Source: an uncultured Acidobacteriota bacterium
Lineage (GTDB): Bacteria; Acidobacteriota; Thermoanaerobaculia; Multivoradales; UBA5704
Reading direction: 5' to 3'
Length of the DNA: 64,000 bases
Assembly: GCA_963770895.1 (NCBI GenBank)
Contig: CAVYRF010000002.1
Location: forward strand, 768,001 to 832,000
Made by a program: the position numbers and the translations under genes. The notes under the pieces were generated by a model. The model searched no databases. It was not told the origin of the DNA and saw only the letters and a program-made list of their open reading frames with translations. Numbering within the stretch: position 1 is the first letter of the stretch; each line of letters begins with the position of its first letter. Below, one piece after another: positions 8,155 through 21,801 of this stretch.

Positions 8155-8837
8155 TCGGCGACCTTTACCAGGCCGGCGAGATCGCTGCCAAGATCGGCCT
8201 TTCGGCAGTGCTCGCGGGCGCCGTCGGCATCGAGCGACAGTGGACGGGCAAGTGGGCCGGCCCGCGCACCCACATGCTGATCGCGACCGGCGCGACGTTG
8301 ATCACGCATATTTCGTCGCCGGCATACACCGCCGGAGCGGCCTGGGACGGCGGCCGCCTGGCGCCGCAGATCGTCACCGGCGTCGGCTTCATCTGCGGCG
8401 GTACGATCCTGCACGCGCGCGGGGTGATCCACGGCCTGACGACGGCGGCCGGACTGTGGGTGGCGGCGGCGGTCGGCATTGCCATCGGTGCCGGCCACTA
8501 CGCCGCCGGCACGCTGACGACCCTGGCCCTGCTGACCATCCTTGCCGCCCTGCGGCCGCTGGAGGGCCGTCTGGGCCGGGGCCATACGCGCAGCGTGGTG
8601 GTGCCCATCCCGCCGGGCCAGACGGTGGCCCAGCTGGTCGACATCATCGAGACCGAGGCGATCGAAACGGAGGGGATCGAAGTGGCGCGCGGCACGTCGC
8701 CGCTGCAGGTCACCGTCAAGGTGCGCGGCGGTCCGGAAGGCGCCCGCCGGTTCATCGAGGCAGTGTGTGTCGGCGGCTTTGACGCGGTGGACGAATCCAC
8801 GCCGGTCCGGCCGCTGGTCCCGCCCCCATCGGTCTGA
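8151..8837 (+). CDS. MgtC/SapB family membrane protein
   Basis: GIERQ..AGPRTH, QIVTGVGFI.GG, GLTTAA.LW. TTG start overlaps the upstream stop. Confidence 0.9.
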   Translation: MIGDLYQAGEIAAKIGLSAVLAGAVGIERQWTGKWAGPRTHMLIATGATLITHISSPAYTAGAAWDGGRLAPQIVTGVGFICGGTILHARGVIHGLTTAAGLWVAAAVGIAIGAGHYAAGTLTTLALLTILAALRPLEGRLGRGHTRSVVVPIPPGQTVAQLVDIIETEAIETEGIEVARGTSPLQVTVKVRGGPEGARRFIEAVCVGGFDAVDESTPVRPLVPPPSV

Positions 8838-8933
8838 ACCGATCTGAGCCACGGCGGGCGGCCGCCGCCGCGGTGAGCCGCTTGCTCGCTGTCGCCGGCT
8901 CTGCCGCGGCGGGGTAACGCTCCCGCTCCTGCG

Positions 8934-9515
8934 CTAGAAGTGAAACGCCAGGCCGCCGTGCGCCATGGCGAAGATGTGCGAGCGGGTCAGCTCGGCGTAA
9001 TGCCCGGACACTTCCAGGGTGACGCCCAGGCGGCGGGTGGCCCTGAACTCTCCGGTGAGCCCGACGACGCCGCCGACCGCCGTCCTGGACGACGAGGTGC
9101 CGGTGTCGATGTCGATGCCGCTCAAGCGGTAGGCGCCAATCCCCAGGTAGACCCCCGAATCGTAGTAGCTCTCTTCGTACATGTACTGGCCGGAGAGCGT
9201 AAGGTACGACAGGTCGGCTCCCAGCTTGCTGCCGAAGACCGTCTGGTTGTTGCCCAGGCTGAGCTGCCCGAAGCGCACGCCCAGCAGCGTCCGCGGCTCG
9301 GTCAGCGCCAGGCCTTCGATTTGCCAGCTGCCGTTGTCGAAGCTGCGGCTTCCCGGCGAGACGTCGAGGGAACCGCCCAGGCCTCCGGCCACTCCGACGG
9401 TCCAGCTGTAGAGGTCTTGCGCGGATGCCGCCGCGGGGAGCGCCAGGGCGCCCAGGACCGCGAGCAGCGCCAAGACGGACAGGTGGGCCGAACCAGAACG
9501 ACGATGACCGATCAA
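8934..9515 (-). CDS. Outer-membrane beta-barrel protein (OmpA/W-like)
   Basis: Signal peptide, alternating amphipathic strands, C-terminal Phe (GLAFHF), AAGGAGG RBS. Confidence 0.75.
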   Translation of the reverse strand: MIGHRRSGSAHLSVLALLAVLGALALPAAASAQDLYSWTVGVAGGLGGSLDVSPGSRSFDNGSWQIEGLALTEPRTLLGVRFGQLSLGNNQTVFGSKLGADLSYLTLSGQYMYEESYYDSGVYLGIGAYRLSGIDIDTGTSSSRTAVGGVVGLTGEFRATRRLGVTLEVSGHYAELTRSHIFAMAHGGLAFHF

Positions 9516-9655
9516 GGGCAATCCCTCCTTTGGTTGCTGCCTGCGTACCGCCCAACGCGGCCGAGGCTCCTGAAATGGAGCTCCGGCCGCGCCGCTGCGA
9601 GACGCCGTGCAGTATACAGGCGACGGCCCTCGCGGGCCGTCCCAGAGCGTGCTTG

Positions 9656-11116
9656 CTACCGCCACAGACCGGTGGCGCTGCTGCCGTTGCCGGTCGCGCC
9701 GGCCGCGTCTCCCTGCCCGCGCTGGCCATCTCCGCCCAGCGCGATCCCGCCGGCGGCGGCGACGGCCCTGCTGTCGGCCCCTGCCGCGCCGCCCACGTCC
9801 GCCATATCGGCCATAGCGGCGGCGGGAGTGGCGGCAAAGGCGCGGCCGAACACCCCGCCCGGCGCGCTCAGCGCCACCACGAAGGCGCCGTCGACGCCGA
9901 CGCCGGTGATGGCGGGCCGCAGCGTCGTCAGGTCGCCGGGGCTGCCGCGGTAGACCACGAACTCGTCGGTGAGCGCGCCGCCGGTGCTATCGGAGAAGCG
10001 ACGCCCCCGCACGCCGTTGACGCCGCCGGGGGTGCCCTCCCAGACCACGACGTAGGCGCCGGTGGGGTCGTGGAAGAGCGCCGGATGGCTCTGCTGCTGG
10101 TCGGTCACCTGGTTGACCAGCTGCGGCGTGCCGATCGCCCGTCCCAGGCGGGTGAAGCGCTGCGCCACGATGTCGGTTCCGGCCACCGCCGGGGCCTGGT
10201 CGGTCTGCCAGGCCACCATGTAGGTGTTGCCCGGCCCGCACGAGATCGCGACCGAGGATTCGCTGGCGAGCGCCGGCGCCACCACCTGCTCGTCGCCGAT
10301 CGCCACGCCGGCAGGCGTCAGCCGCCGCACGGCGACGCCCGCCAGGTTGGGTTCAAACGGCTGTAGCGAGTTGGCGAACGTCCAGGCCGCGTGGATGCGG
10401 CCGCTGCCGCTGACGCACAGGCTGGGCCGGTCGGTCAGCGCCAGGCCGGTGCTCAGCTGGATCTCCGCGCCGGCCGCGGCTCCGGCGGCGTCGAACAGCC
10501 GCGCCATGACCCGCGGCGGACCGCTGGCCTGGGCGCCCGTCGGCAGTGCGATCCACGCCACCACGAAGCCGCCATCGGGAGTGGCGGCCACTGCCGGCCG
10601 CGAATCGGCAGGGGTCGCCGGCGAACCCGAAGGGTCGGAGGCCACGACGATCGTGCCACCCACCGGCCGGCCGCGCGGGGCGTAGCGCTGCGCCAGGACG
10701 GTGCTCTGATCGCCGGCCTGGCTGGTCCACACCACGACGTAACGCCCCTGGGTGTCGGCGACGGCGGCGGCGGCGGTCTGCGGCGGCTGCGAGCCTGTCG
10801 GCTCCGGCAGCGCGAAGTCACCGCCCAGCGGCGCATCGCTGGCGCCGAAGATCCGGCCGAAGACGTCCTGCTGCACGACGTCGGTCAGGGCGTCCCACGC
10901 CGCCAGAAATCCGCCGCCGGCGTTGCCCGCCACCACCGGATCGTTTTGCACGCAGTCGCTGCAGCTGCTGAGCGAGAAGACCGGTCCCGCCGCCGGTTGC
11001 GCCGCGGCTGCGGCGACCGGCGCCGCGACGGCGAGGGTCAGCAACAGCGGCGCGAGCGCTCGGGCGCCGGCCGCCAGATTCCGGCACGACATGTTGATCC
11101 TGTCTTGGAGCTTCAT
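9656..11116 (-). CDS. Secreted repeat protein, probable 7-bladed beta-propeller
   Basis: GGAGG RBS, signal peptide, seven repeats of the type P.VA...G.(F/Y)VV.W. Confidence 0.75.
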   Translation of the reverse strand: MKLQDRINMSCRNLAAGARALAPLLLTLAVAAPVAAAAAQPAAGPVFSLSSCSDCVQNDPVVAGNAGGGFLAAWDALTDVVQQDVFGRIFGASDAPLGGDFALPEPTGSQPPQTAAAAVADTQGRYVVVWTSQAGDQSTVLAQRYAPRGRPVGGTIVVASDPSGSPATPADSRPAVAATPDGGFVVAWIALPTGAQASGPPRVMARLFDAAGAAAGAEIQLSTGLALTDRPSLCVSGSGRIHAAWTFANSLQPFEPNLAGVAVRRLTPAGVAIGDEQVVAPALASESSVAISCGPGNTYMVAWQTDQAPAVAGTDIVAQRFTRLGRAIGTPQLVNQVTDQQQSHPALFHDPTGAYVVVWEGTPGGVNGVRGRRFSDSTGGALTDEFVVYRGSPGDLTTLRPAITGVGVDGAFVVALSAPGGVFGRAFAATPAAAMADMADVGGAAGADSRAVAAAGGIALGGDGQRGQGDAAGATGNGSSATGLWR

Positions 11117-11269
11117 TGCAAACCTCCATGGGTCTGAATGCTTCGTTTGCCTTTCGGCTGGCGGCCAACCATCTGCATTCATCTACGGAGGCGAAGCGGC
11201 CGGCGTCCAGCGCGCGCCGGTTGCCGGCGAGACAGGTGCGGTGTCTAAAGCGTGCAGAGGAGGAACCGC

Positions 11270-12124
11270 ATGCCGCCGATCCGGAACATCGCCAACGACC
11301 CCCGCTACTACCAGATGGCGGTCCTCGGATCGCTGCTCGTCTACGGCATCCTTGGGCTGGACTTCGAGGTGCGAGCGCCGCAGGCGCTGGCCATCGCCGC
11401 CGCCGCGCTCGCCACCCAGTTTGCCTGCACTCGCTGGGCGCTGCCGCGGGCACCGGGCGCACCGCCGCCGCGCTGCGACCCCAGGAGCGCCGCCATCACC
11501 ATCCTCTCCCTCTGCCTGCTGCTGCGCACCGACCAGCTGGCCCTGGCCGTCGCCGCGGCGGTCCTCGCCATTGCCAGCAAGTTCTTCCTGCGGGTGGGGG
11601 CCAAGCACGTGTTCAACCCCACCAACTTCGCCCTGGTCGCCCTGATGCTCGCGACGCGCGGCCGCGTCTGGATCTCGCCCGGTCAGTGGGGGAGCACGGC
11701 GCTGCTCGGCTTTGGCGTGCTCTGCCTCGGCGGCCTGGTGGTGGCGCGCTCGTCGCGCGCCGACGTGACCTGGGCGTTTCTGGCGGCCTACGGCTCCCTG
11801 CTGCTGGGGCGCGCCCTGTGGCTCGGCCAGCCGCTTGCGATCCCGCTCCACCAGCTACAGAGCGGCGCCTTCCTGATCTTCACTTTCTTCATGATCTCGG
11901 ACCCCAAGACCACCCCCGACTCGCGCGCCGGCCGCATCGTGTTCGCGATTTTGGTGGCCGCCGGCGCCGGCTGGGTGCAGTTCGCGCTGTACCGCCCGAC
12001 CGCGCTTCTCATCTCCCTTGCCTTTCTGGCTCCCCTGGTGCCGGTGATCGACCGGGTGCTGCCGGGCAAGGTTTACGCTTGGCCGCAGCTCATCCTGCTG
12101 CGTGCGGAAAGGAGTCTCGCATGA
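11270..12124 (+). CDS. RnfD/NqrB-family membrane protein (orphan, short form)
   Basis: KHVFNPTNF, FFMISDPKTTP, multiple TM helices, GAGGAGG RBS. Confidence 0.8.
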   Translation: MPPIRNIANDPRYYQMAVLGSLLVYGILGLDFEVRAPQALAIAAAALATQFACTRWALPRAPGAPPPRCDPRSAAITILSLCLLLRTDQLALAVAAAVLAIASKFFLRVGAKHVFNPTNFALVALMLATRGRVWISPGQWGSTALLGFGVLCLGGLVVARSSRADVTWAFLAAYGSLLLGRALWLGQPLAIPLHQLQSGAFLIFTFFMISDPKTTPDSRAGRIVFAILVAAGAGWVQFALYRPTALLISLAFLAPLVPVIDRVLPGKVYAWPQLILLRAERSLA

Positions 12125-13554
12125 GGCATCATCCTGGAAGCTCCGCGCCGTCGCCGGCGCCGGCGCGATCGGCTGCGGCGCGGCTGGCGCGGCGTGTCGC
12201 CTGCGGCCTGCTGGTCCTGGCAGGCGGCGCCGGCATGGCCTACGGTTTCTGTGGGTTTTATGTTGCCAAGGCCGACAGTCATCTTTACAACCAAGCATCG
12301 CAAGTGGTGCTGGTGCGCGACGGCGACCGCACCGTGATGACCATGGCCAACGATTTCAAGGGCGATCCAAAGGAGTTTGCCGTCGTCATCCCGGTGCCCA
12401 TAGTGCTGCAACGCGAGCAGATCCACGTCGCCGACAAGGCGCTGATCGATCACCTGGACGCTTACTCGGCGCCGCGCCTGGTGGAATACTTCGATCCCGA
12501 CCCCTGCGCGCCGATGTACGAGACCAAGGCGATGCGCGCCGCGCCGGCGGCACCCCAGATCTCGGTGGGTGGCAATATCGCCGACCGGGCCCACGCCCTG
12601 GGCGTGACCATCGAGGCCACCTACACCGTCGGCGAGTACGACATCCTGATCCTGTCGGCGAAGCAGAGCGACGGCCTGACCACCTGGCTGCGCGAAAGCG
12701 GCTACAAGGTGCCGGCGGGCGCCCTGCCGGTGCTGGGCAGCTACATCCGGCAAGGGCTGCATTTCTTTGTCGCCAAGGTGAACCTGACGGCACAGTCGAA
12801 GCTCGGCTTCACCTTCCTGCGGCCGCTGCAGGTGGCGTATGAATCGCCCCGTTTCATGCTGCCGATCCGCCTGGGCATGGTCAACGCCGCGGGCCCCCAG
12901 GAGCTGTTCATCTATGCGGTGACCCGCCACGGGCGCGTCGAGACGACCAACTACCGCACCGTCAAGATGCCCCAGGGCGAAGAGGTGCCGCTGTTTGTAA
13001 AGGATCAGTTCGGGACCTTCTACAAGGCGATGTTCTCCCACCAGGTAGAGCGCGAGGGCATGCGCACGGTGTTCGCCGAATACGCCTGGGACATGGGGTG
13101 GTGCGACCCCTGCGCCGCCGAGCCGCTGTCGCGGCAGGAGCTGCGCAATCTCGGCGTGTTCTGGCTGCAGCCCGACGAAGGCAACGGCGACAACGGTCCG
13201 GTCCTCAGGCGACCCGGCGGGCGCGGGCCGGTCAACGGCGAGGTCTTTCTGACCCGGCTGCACGTGCGCTACGACGCCGAGCACTTCCCCGAGGACCTGG
13301 CCTTCCAGGAGACCGGCGACCGAGACAACTTTCAGGGCCGCTTCATCATCAGCCATCCCTGGACGCGCGGCGCCACCTGCGAGGCGGCCGCACCCTACCA
13401 GCGCCAGCTGCACGAGCGCTGGGACCGCGAGGCGCAGAACCTGGCCAATCTCACCGGGTGGGGCATCGACGACATCCGCCGCCAGATGAATCTGCGCGCG
13501 GCGAGCGCGCCTGCAAGCGAGCAGCCGTGGTGGAAGAGCCTGTGGAATCAGTGA
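12121..13554 (+). CDS. DUF2330 domain protein, exported
   Basis: Signal-like N-terminus then FCGFYVAKAD; SAPRLVEYFD.DPC, MLPIRLG, EYAWD..WCDPC; ATGA coupling. Confidence 0.85.
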   Translation: MRHHPGSSAPSPAPARSAAARLARRVACGLLVLAGGAGMAYGFCGFYVAKADSHLYNQASQVVLVRDGDRTVMTMANDFKGDPKEFAVVIPVPIVLQREQIHVADKALIDHLDAYSAPRLVEYFDPDPCAPMYETKAMRAAPAAPQISVGGNIADRAHALGVTIEATYTVGEYDILILSAKQSDGLTTWLRESGYKVPAGALPVLGSYIRQGLHFFVAKVNLTAQSKLGFTFLRPLQVAYESPRFMLPIRLGMVNAAGPQELFIYAVTRHGRVETTNYRTVKMPQGEEVPLFVKDQFGTFYKAMFSHQVEREGMRTVFAEYAWDMGWCDPCAAEPLSRQELRNLGVFWLQPDEGNGDNGPVLRRPGGRGPVNGEVFLTRLHVRYDAEHFPEDLAFQETGDRDNFQGRFIISHPWTRGATCEAAAPYQRQLHERWDREAQNLANLTGWGIDDIRRQMNLRAASAPASEQPWWKSLWNQ

Positions 13555-14048
13555 GCGGCAGGTGGCGGTGTCGCCGGTGCCGGATTCGGCGCCGGCGCCG
13601 GGGACGCAGCGGGCGGCGCACCCGCGTCACCCGGTCCGGCGCCGTGGGCGGCGTGGCGCCGGTGCTCCAGGCGGGACTGGGCGCGCTCTTCCAGGAAGCG
13701 CTGATACTGCTGCCGCTGCTCGGCGTCGAGCACCTGGCCGATGCGGTCCTGGGAGCTCTTGACCACCGCGGCGATCTTGGGGCGCACTTCCTGGAAGAGC
13801 GCCCAGGTTTCGCGATGGGTGTCGGCCAGGATGGCGTCGATCTGCTGCTCCTGCTCGGGGCGCAGCTGGAGACGGCGCTTCAGCTCCCCCTCCAGCGCCT
13901 GGATGCGCTCCGCTTCCATGGCATGGATGCCTGCGACGCCGCCCGTGCGCACCCGGCGATGCAGCAGCAGGTTTGCACCCAGGGCACCCACCACGACGCC
14001 CACCAGAAAGAGCGCGACGACCGTGCCGACGGCGGCCGGTCGCTTCAT
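13548..14048 (-). CDS. Periplasmic Spy/CpxP-like (heavy-metal sensor type) protein
   Basis: N-terminal TM, LQLRPEQEQQI and VLDAEQRQQ repeats; third gene of an ECF operon. Confidence 0.65.
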   Translation of the reverse strand: MKRPAAVGTVVALFLVGVVVGALGANLLLHRRVRTGGVAGIHAMEAERIQALEGELKRRLQLRPEQEQQIDAILADTHRETWALFQEVRPKIAAVVKSSQDRIGQVLDAEQRQQYQRFLEERAQSRLEHRRHAAHGAGPGDAGAPPAASPAPAPNPAPATPPPAAH

Positions 14049-14091
14049 GCGCGGCACTCCGTCCGCGCTGCCGCTTCACCCCGGCGGGGCG

Positions 14092-14562
14092 TCACTGCGT
14101 CGCCTCGGCCGAAGCCGAGGACCAGGCGACCAGCTGATCGGGGCTGGGCTCCTCCAGCAGCAGCTGCGGCGGCGCGGCGGCAGCGGCGACGGTAGCCGGC
14201 GCCGGTGCGGGCGAAGAGGTGGTGAACCCCAGAAAGGCCAGGGCCACGGCCAGCCCCAGGGCGGCCGGCAGAGCGCGGAAGGCCGCCCAGCCCAGCAGCT
14301 CCGAGGGGCGCTCGATGCGCGCCGCGACGCGCAGCGCAAAATTGGCGTCCGGCAGCACCGCCGCCCAGGCAGGCGTCGCCGGTTCGGCGAGGACCTGCCG
14401 CGCCAGCTGCAACCGCCGGGCGAAGTCGGCGCAAGCGGCACAGCCGTCCAGGTGGGCGGCGACCTGCACGGGAGCCGGTCGACCGGCCGCAGCGAGCCGC
14501 GCACGCACCTGCCGGCAGACCGCAGCGTTCCGGGTGCCCCTGGGTTCCATCGTGGCGCTCAT
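14092..14562 (-). CDS. Zinc-finger (ZAS) anti-sigma factor
   Basis: HLDGCAAC (HxxxCxxC) followed by one TM helix; directly downstream of the ECF sigma. Confidence 0.82.
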   Translation of the reverse strand: MSATMEPRGTRNAAVCRQVRARLAAAGRPAPVQVAAHLDGCAACADFARRLQLARQVLAEPATPAWAAVLPDANFALRVAARIERPSELLGWAAFRALPAALGLAVALAFLGFTTSSPAPAPATVAAAAAPPQLLLEEPSPDQLVAWSSASAEATQ

Positions 14563-14566
14563 GGTC

Positions 14567-15202
14567 TCATCCCTCCTCGAGCACCCGCCGCAGACGCTGG
14601 CGGGCTCGATGCGCACGGACCTTGACGTTGACCTGACTCCAGCCGAGACGTTCCGCGATCTCGGCCACCGACCAGCCTTCGGCTTCCAGCAGCACCAGCA
14701 TGAAACGGTCGGCGGGCGTCAGGCGGGTGAGCAGCCGTTCGACCTCCAACCTGGCGGTGGGATCGGTTTCGGGCGCCGCCACCTCTTCCATGTCGCCGGC
14801 GCCGCCCTGCGCCCACGCCCGCCCTGGGCTGCTTGCCCCCGGCGAGCTTGCCGCGGCCCCCGGTTGCACCGCCGCGCGATGATCGTGACGCCGCAACCGA
14901 TCGTAGGAGCAGCGCAGGCACAGACGCGTCAGCCAGTGCTCAAAGGGCGCCCGCGCGCTGTAGGTGCCGAGCTTCAGCCAGGCGCGCAGGAAGGTTTCCT
15001 GGGCTACTTCTTCGACGTCCTGCGGCTGGCGGAAAAAGCGGCCGACCAGCCGGAAGACGCGCGCCTGATACCGCCGCACCAGGACGGCAAAGGCCTCCCC
15101 GTCGCCGCCCATGCTGGCGCGGATCAGAGCGGCTTCACCGTCTTCGCTGCGCTCGCTGCCGGCGAGCGGCTCAAGGGTCATCCATGCGTCCACAGCCTGC
15201 AT
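14567..15202 (-). CDS. ECF sigma-70 factor
   Basis: Region 2 (AF..LV.RYQ, VEEVAQETFLRAW, FEHWL) and region 4 (EIAERLG....VKVR.HRAR). Start uncertain. Confidence 0.92.
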   Translation of the reverse strand: MQAVDAWMTLEPLAGSERSEDGEAALIRASMGGDGEAFAVLVRRYQARVFRLVGRFFRQPQDVEEVAQETFLRAWLKLGTYSARAPFEHWLTRLCLRCSYDRLRRHDHRAAVQPGAAASSPGASSPGRAWAQGGAGDMEEVAAPETDPTARLEVERLLTRLTPADRFMLVLLEAEGWSVAEIAERLGWSQVNVKVRAHRARQRLRRVLEEG

Positions 15203-15391
15203 GCCGGCGTCTCCATGCTCCCTCAACATTCTAGACGAGCCCACGGCCCTGCCGGTTACGCCCCGCTGCTGCGAGCGGCTAAGCAGCCTAGCCCGTTCGC
15301 TCCAAAGCTGGCCGGGCCGGGCCGCTACTGTCCATCGGGTTCGCTCCGCAGCGCCCGCTGGGACAGCCTGGCGCATGATGGAGCCCGGCCC

Positions 15392-15426
15392 AAAAAAACG
15401 ACAGCCCGCGATTCCTCGCGGGCTGT
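15392..15426 (-). terminator. Intrinsic terminator of the rRNA operon
   Basis: ACAGCCCGCGA-GGAA-TCGCGGGCTGT followed by a T7 tract on the minus strand. Confidence 0.9.
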
Positions 15427-15441
15427 TCAACAAGATTAGCT

Positions 15442-15559
15442 TCCCGGCAACGACCTACTCTCCCACACACTTTCGCATGCAGTACCATCGGCGCTGAGGG
15501 GCTTAACTGCCGTGTTCGGAATGGGAACGGGTGTTTCCCCCTCGCCACAGCCACCGGAA
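15442..15559 (-). rRNA. rrf: 5S rRNA
   Basis: Conserved CCCATTCCGAAC and GATGGTACT...GGGAGAGTAGGTCG. Ends approximate. Confidence 0.97.
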
Positions 15560-15652
15560 AAGCGTCAAACTGAAAAAGAACAGATGAATCTGTATCTTTG
15601 AAACTGAATCGGGTCAGTAGCGATAGGAACCGCCGGCTGGAGAGCGAACAAT

Positions 15653-18632
<2,980 letters not shown>

Positions 18633-18861
18633 AAACTTGAGTTCTCTTCATCCGGCGAATCCTATCGCTTCTAACCCGATTCAGTTGTCAATGAACCCGT
18701 AAGGATCGTTGAGATCCGCGGTGCGCTTCCCCACCGGCATTGCTGCCGCGGCAAGCGCACCGCGCATCGTCAACTCACGTCACGTCTTCGCAAAGAACCT
18801 TGGCGCCACACAGGCCGCCTGCCAACTTTCCCCGGTCGCCAGCCAGCTTCGATTACGGAGC

Positions 18862-18937
18862 TGGTGGAGCTGATCGGGTTCGAACCGATGACCTCCGCCT
18901 TGCAAGGGCGGCGCTCTCCCAACTGAGCTACAGCCCC
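18862..18937 (-). tRNA. tRNA-Ala (TGC)
   Basis: Cloverleaf with TTGCA anticodon loop and CCA end, in the ITS. Confidence 0.98.
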
Positions 18938-18965
18938 CCGGGCTTTCAAGTCGATCACGCCGATA

Positions 18966-19042
<77 letters not shown>

Positions 19043-19162
19043 AGAGAGGGAACGCGCGCGCGCCGATTCCCTGGAAACTGAATAGAGGAAGGAGGTCAAC
19101 GCTTCGACCTAGAGTCAGCCGTCGTTCACCCGCGAAGGGCTTCGGACGGACATGCTCCTTAG

Positions 19163-20723
<1,561 letters not shown>

Positions 20724-20900
20724 GAATCCATCTTCCGCCGAGGTCGGCTAAGTGACCCTCGACGGCTCGTTTTTCATTCGGAATCTCGGATCGTCCACGC
20801 CATCCTCTTGCGAGGCTTGCGCAGACGTCAGAGTTCAGTCGTTGACTTTTCCTCTATTCAGTTTTCAAAGAACCGGCGCTTTTTTGAAGCGCGATTTTTG

Positions 20901-20929
20901 ATTCTACGGCCCTTACTGGCGCCTGTCAA
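20901..20929 (-). promoter_or_regulatory. rrn proximal sigma70 promoter
   Basis: TTGACA-N17-TAGAAT; boxA-like GTTCTTTGAAAA downstream at ~20862-20873. Confidence 0.88.
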
Positions 20930-21236
20930 GCACTTTTTGAGTCGCCGCTGAACACAGGCGGCGGGGGCCTCACGGCCACCTGCCGGCATCGCTACCGTTG
21001 CCTGTCTCGCGGGGATGCGTGCGCCTGCGGAACTAGCCGCAGACAGTTCGATGCCCCCGACGATCGTCTTGCCAACACTTGGAGTGTCGGGGACCTGCGA
21101 CGGAACAACGCCCGGCTCGTCTTGTCAATTCCACCCAACGTGGCCCAGCTGCAACCACGTCCGCTTGTCCCCACCGCACCACCCACACCCTCGGGACCCG
21201 CGACCCCTGCACCGGCTTGCCGATTCAGGGAGGAAG

Positions 21237-21265
21237 AGTTTACGTCCCTGCCACAGGGTTGTCAA
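21237..21265 (-). promoter_or_regulatory. rrn upstream sigma70 promoter
   Basis: TTGACA-N17-TAAACT. Confidence 0.75.
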
Positions 21266-21396
21266 CCACTTCGTGACGCGAATTTTGGGGCGCGTGCCGC
21301 GATCCACGCCAGCGCGCTTGGGTGCCCCGCCGCCTCACCCGCCAACCCATCCAAATGTCAAACCCAAACAACCCCCTGGCGTCACCAGGGAGGCGC

Positions 21397-21425
21397 AGTG
21401 TAGGGAACCCCGCCCGCCATGTCAA
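21397..21425 (-). promoter_or_regulatory. rrn distal sigma70 promoter
   Basis: TTGACA-N17-TACACT. Confidence 0.72.
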
Positions 21426-21801
21426 CCCCTGCGCATCACTTCATCCAACAGACTCCCTGAATCCGCCCCAATCCCCCTTGCCGGCGCTCCCCCACCGCCA
21501 TATCCGCCCACGGATTCCGCCGCACCGTGGCCAGCCAGCCGCCCCTGGTGGCAATCGCCTCGGAGCTGCTCGCATTCACCGCCGCACTGGTCACGCCCGC
21601 GCACCGCCGATCGGCAGACCATGGCGCGCTCCTGCTGGCTCGGCACGGCAGACGGCTTCGCCGGACGCTGCGGACCTGGCGGCGGGGCCGGCGGAGCTCC
21701 GGCTCCTACGGCCCCGGCTCCAGTCCTTGAGATGGACACCTCAATGGACACCCCCATGGGGTGTCTTGCCGGGGATTGGAGGCTTGTGATAGGAACGTTA
21801 A

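Noticed and set aside
21527-21730. Small ORF as an immunity gene for 21802-22899
   Set aside because: No clear RBS, Arg-rich shadow-like composition and no recognisable motif.
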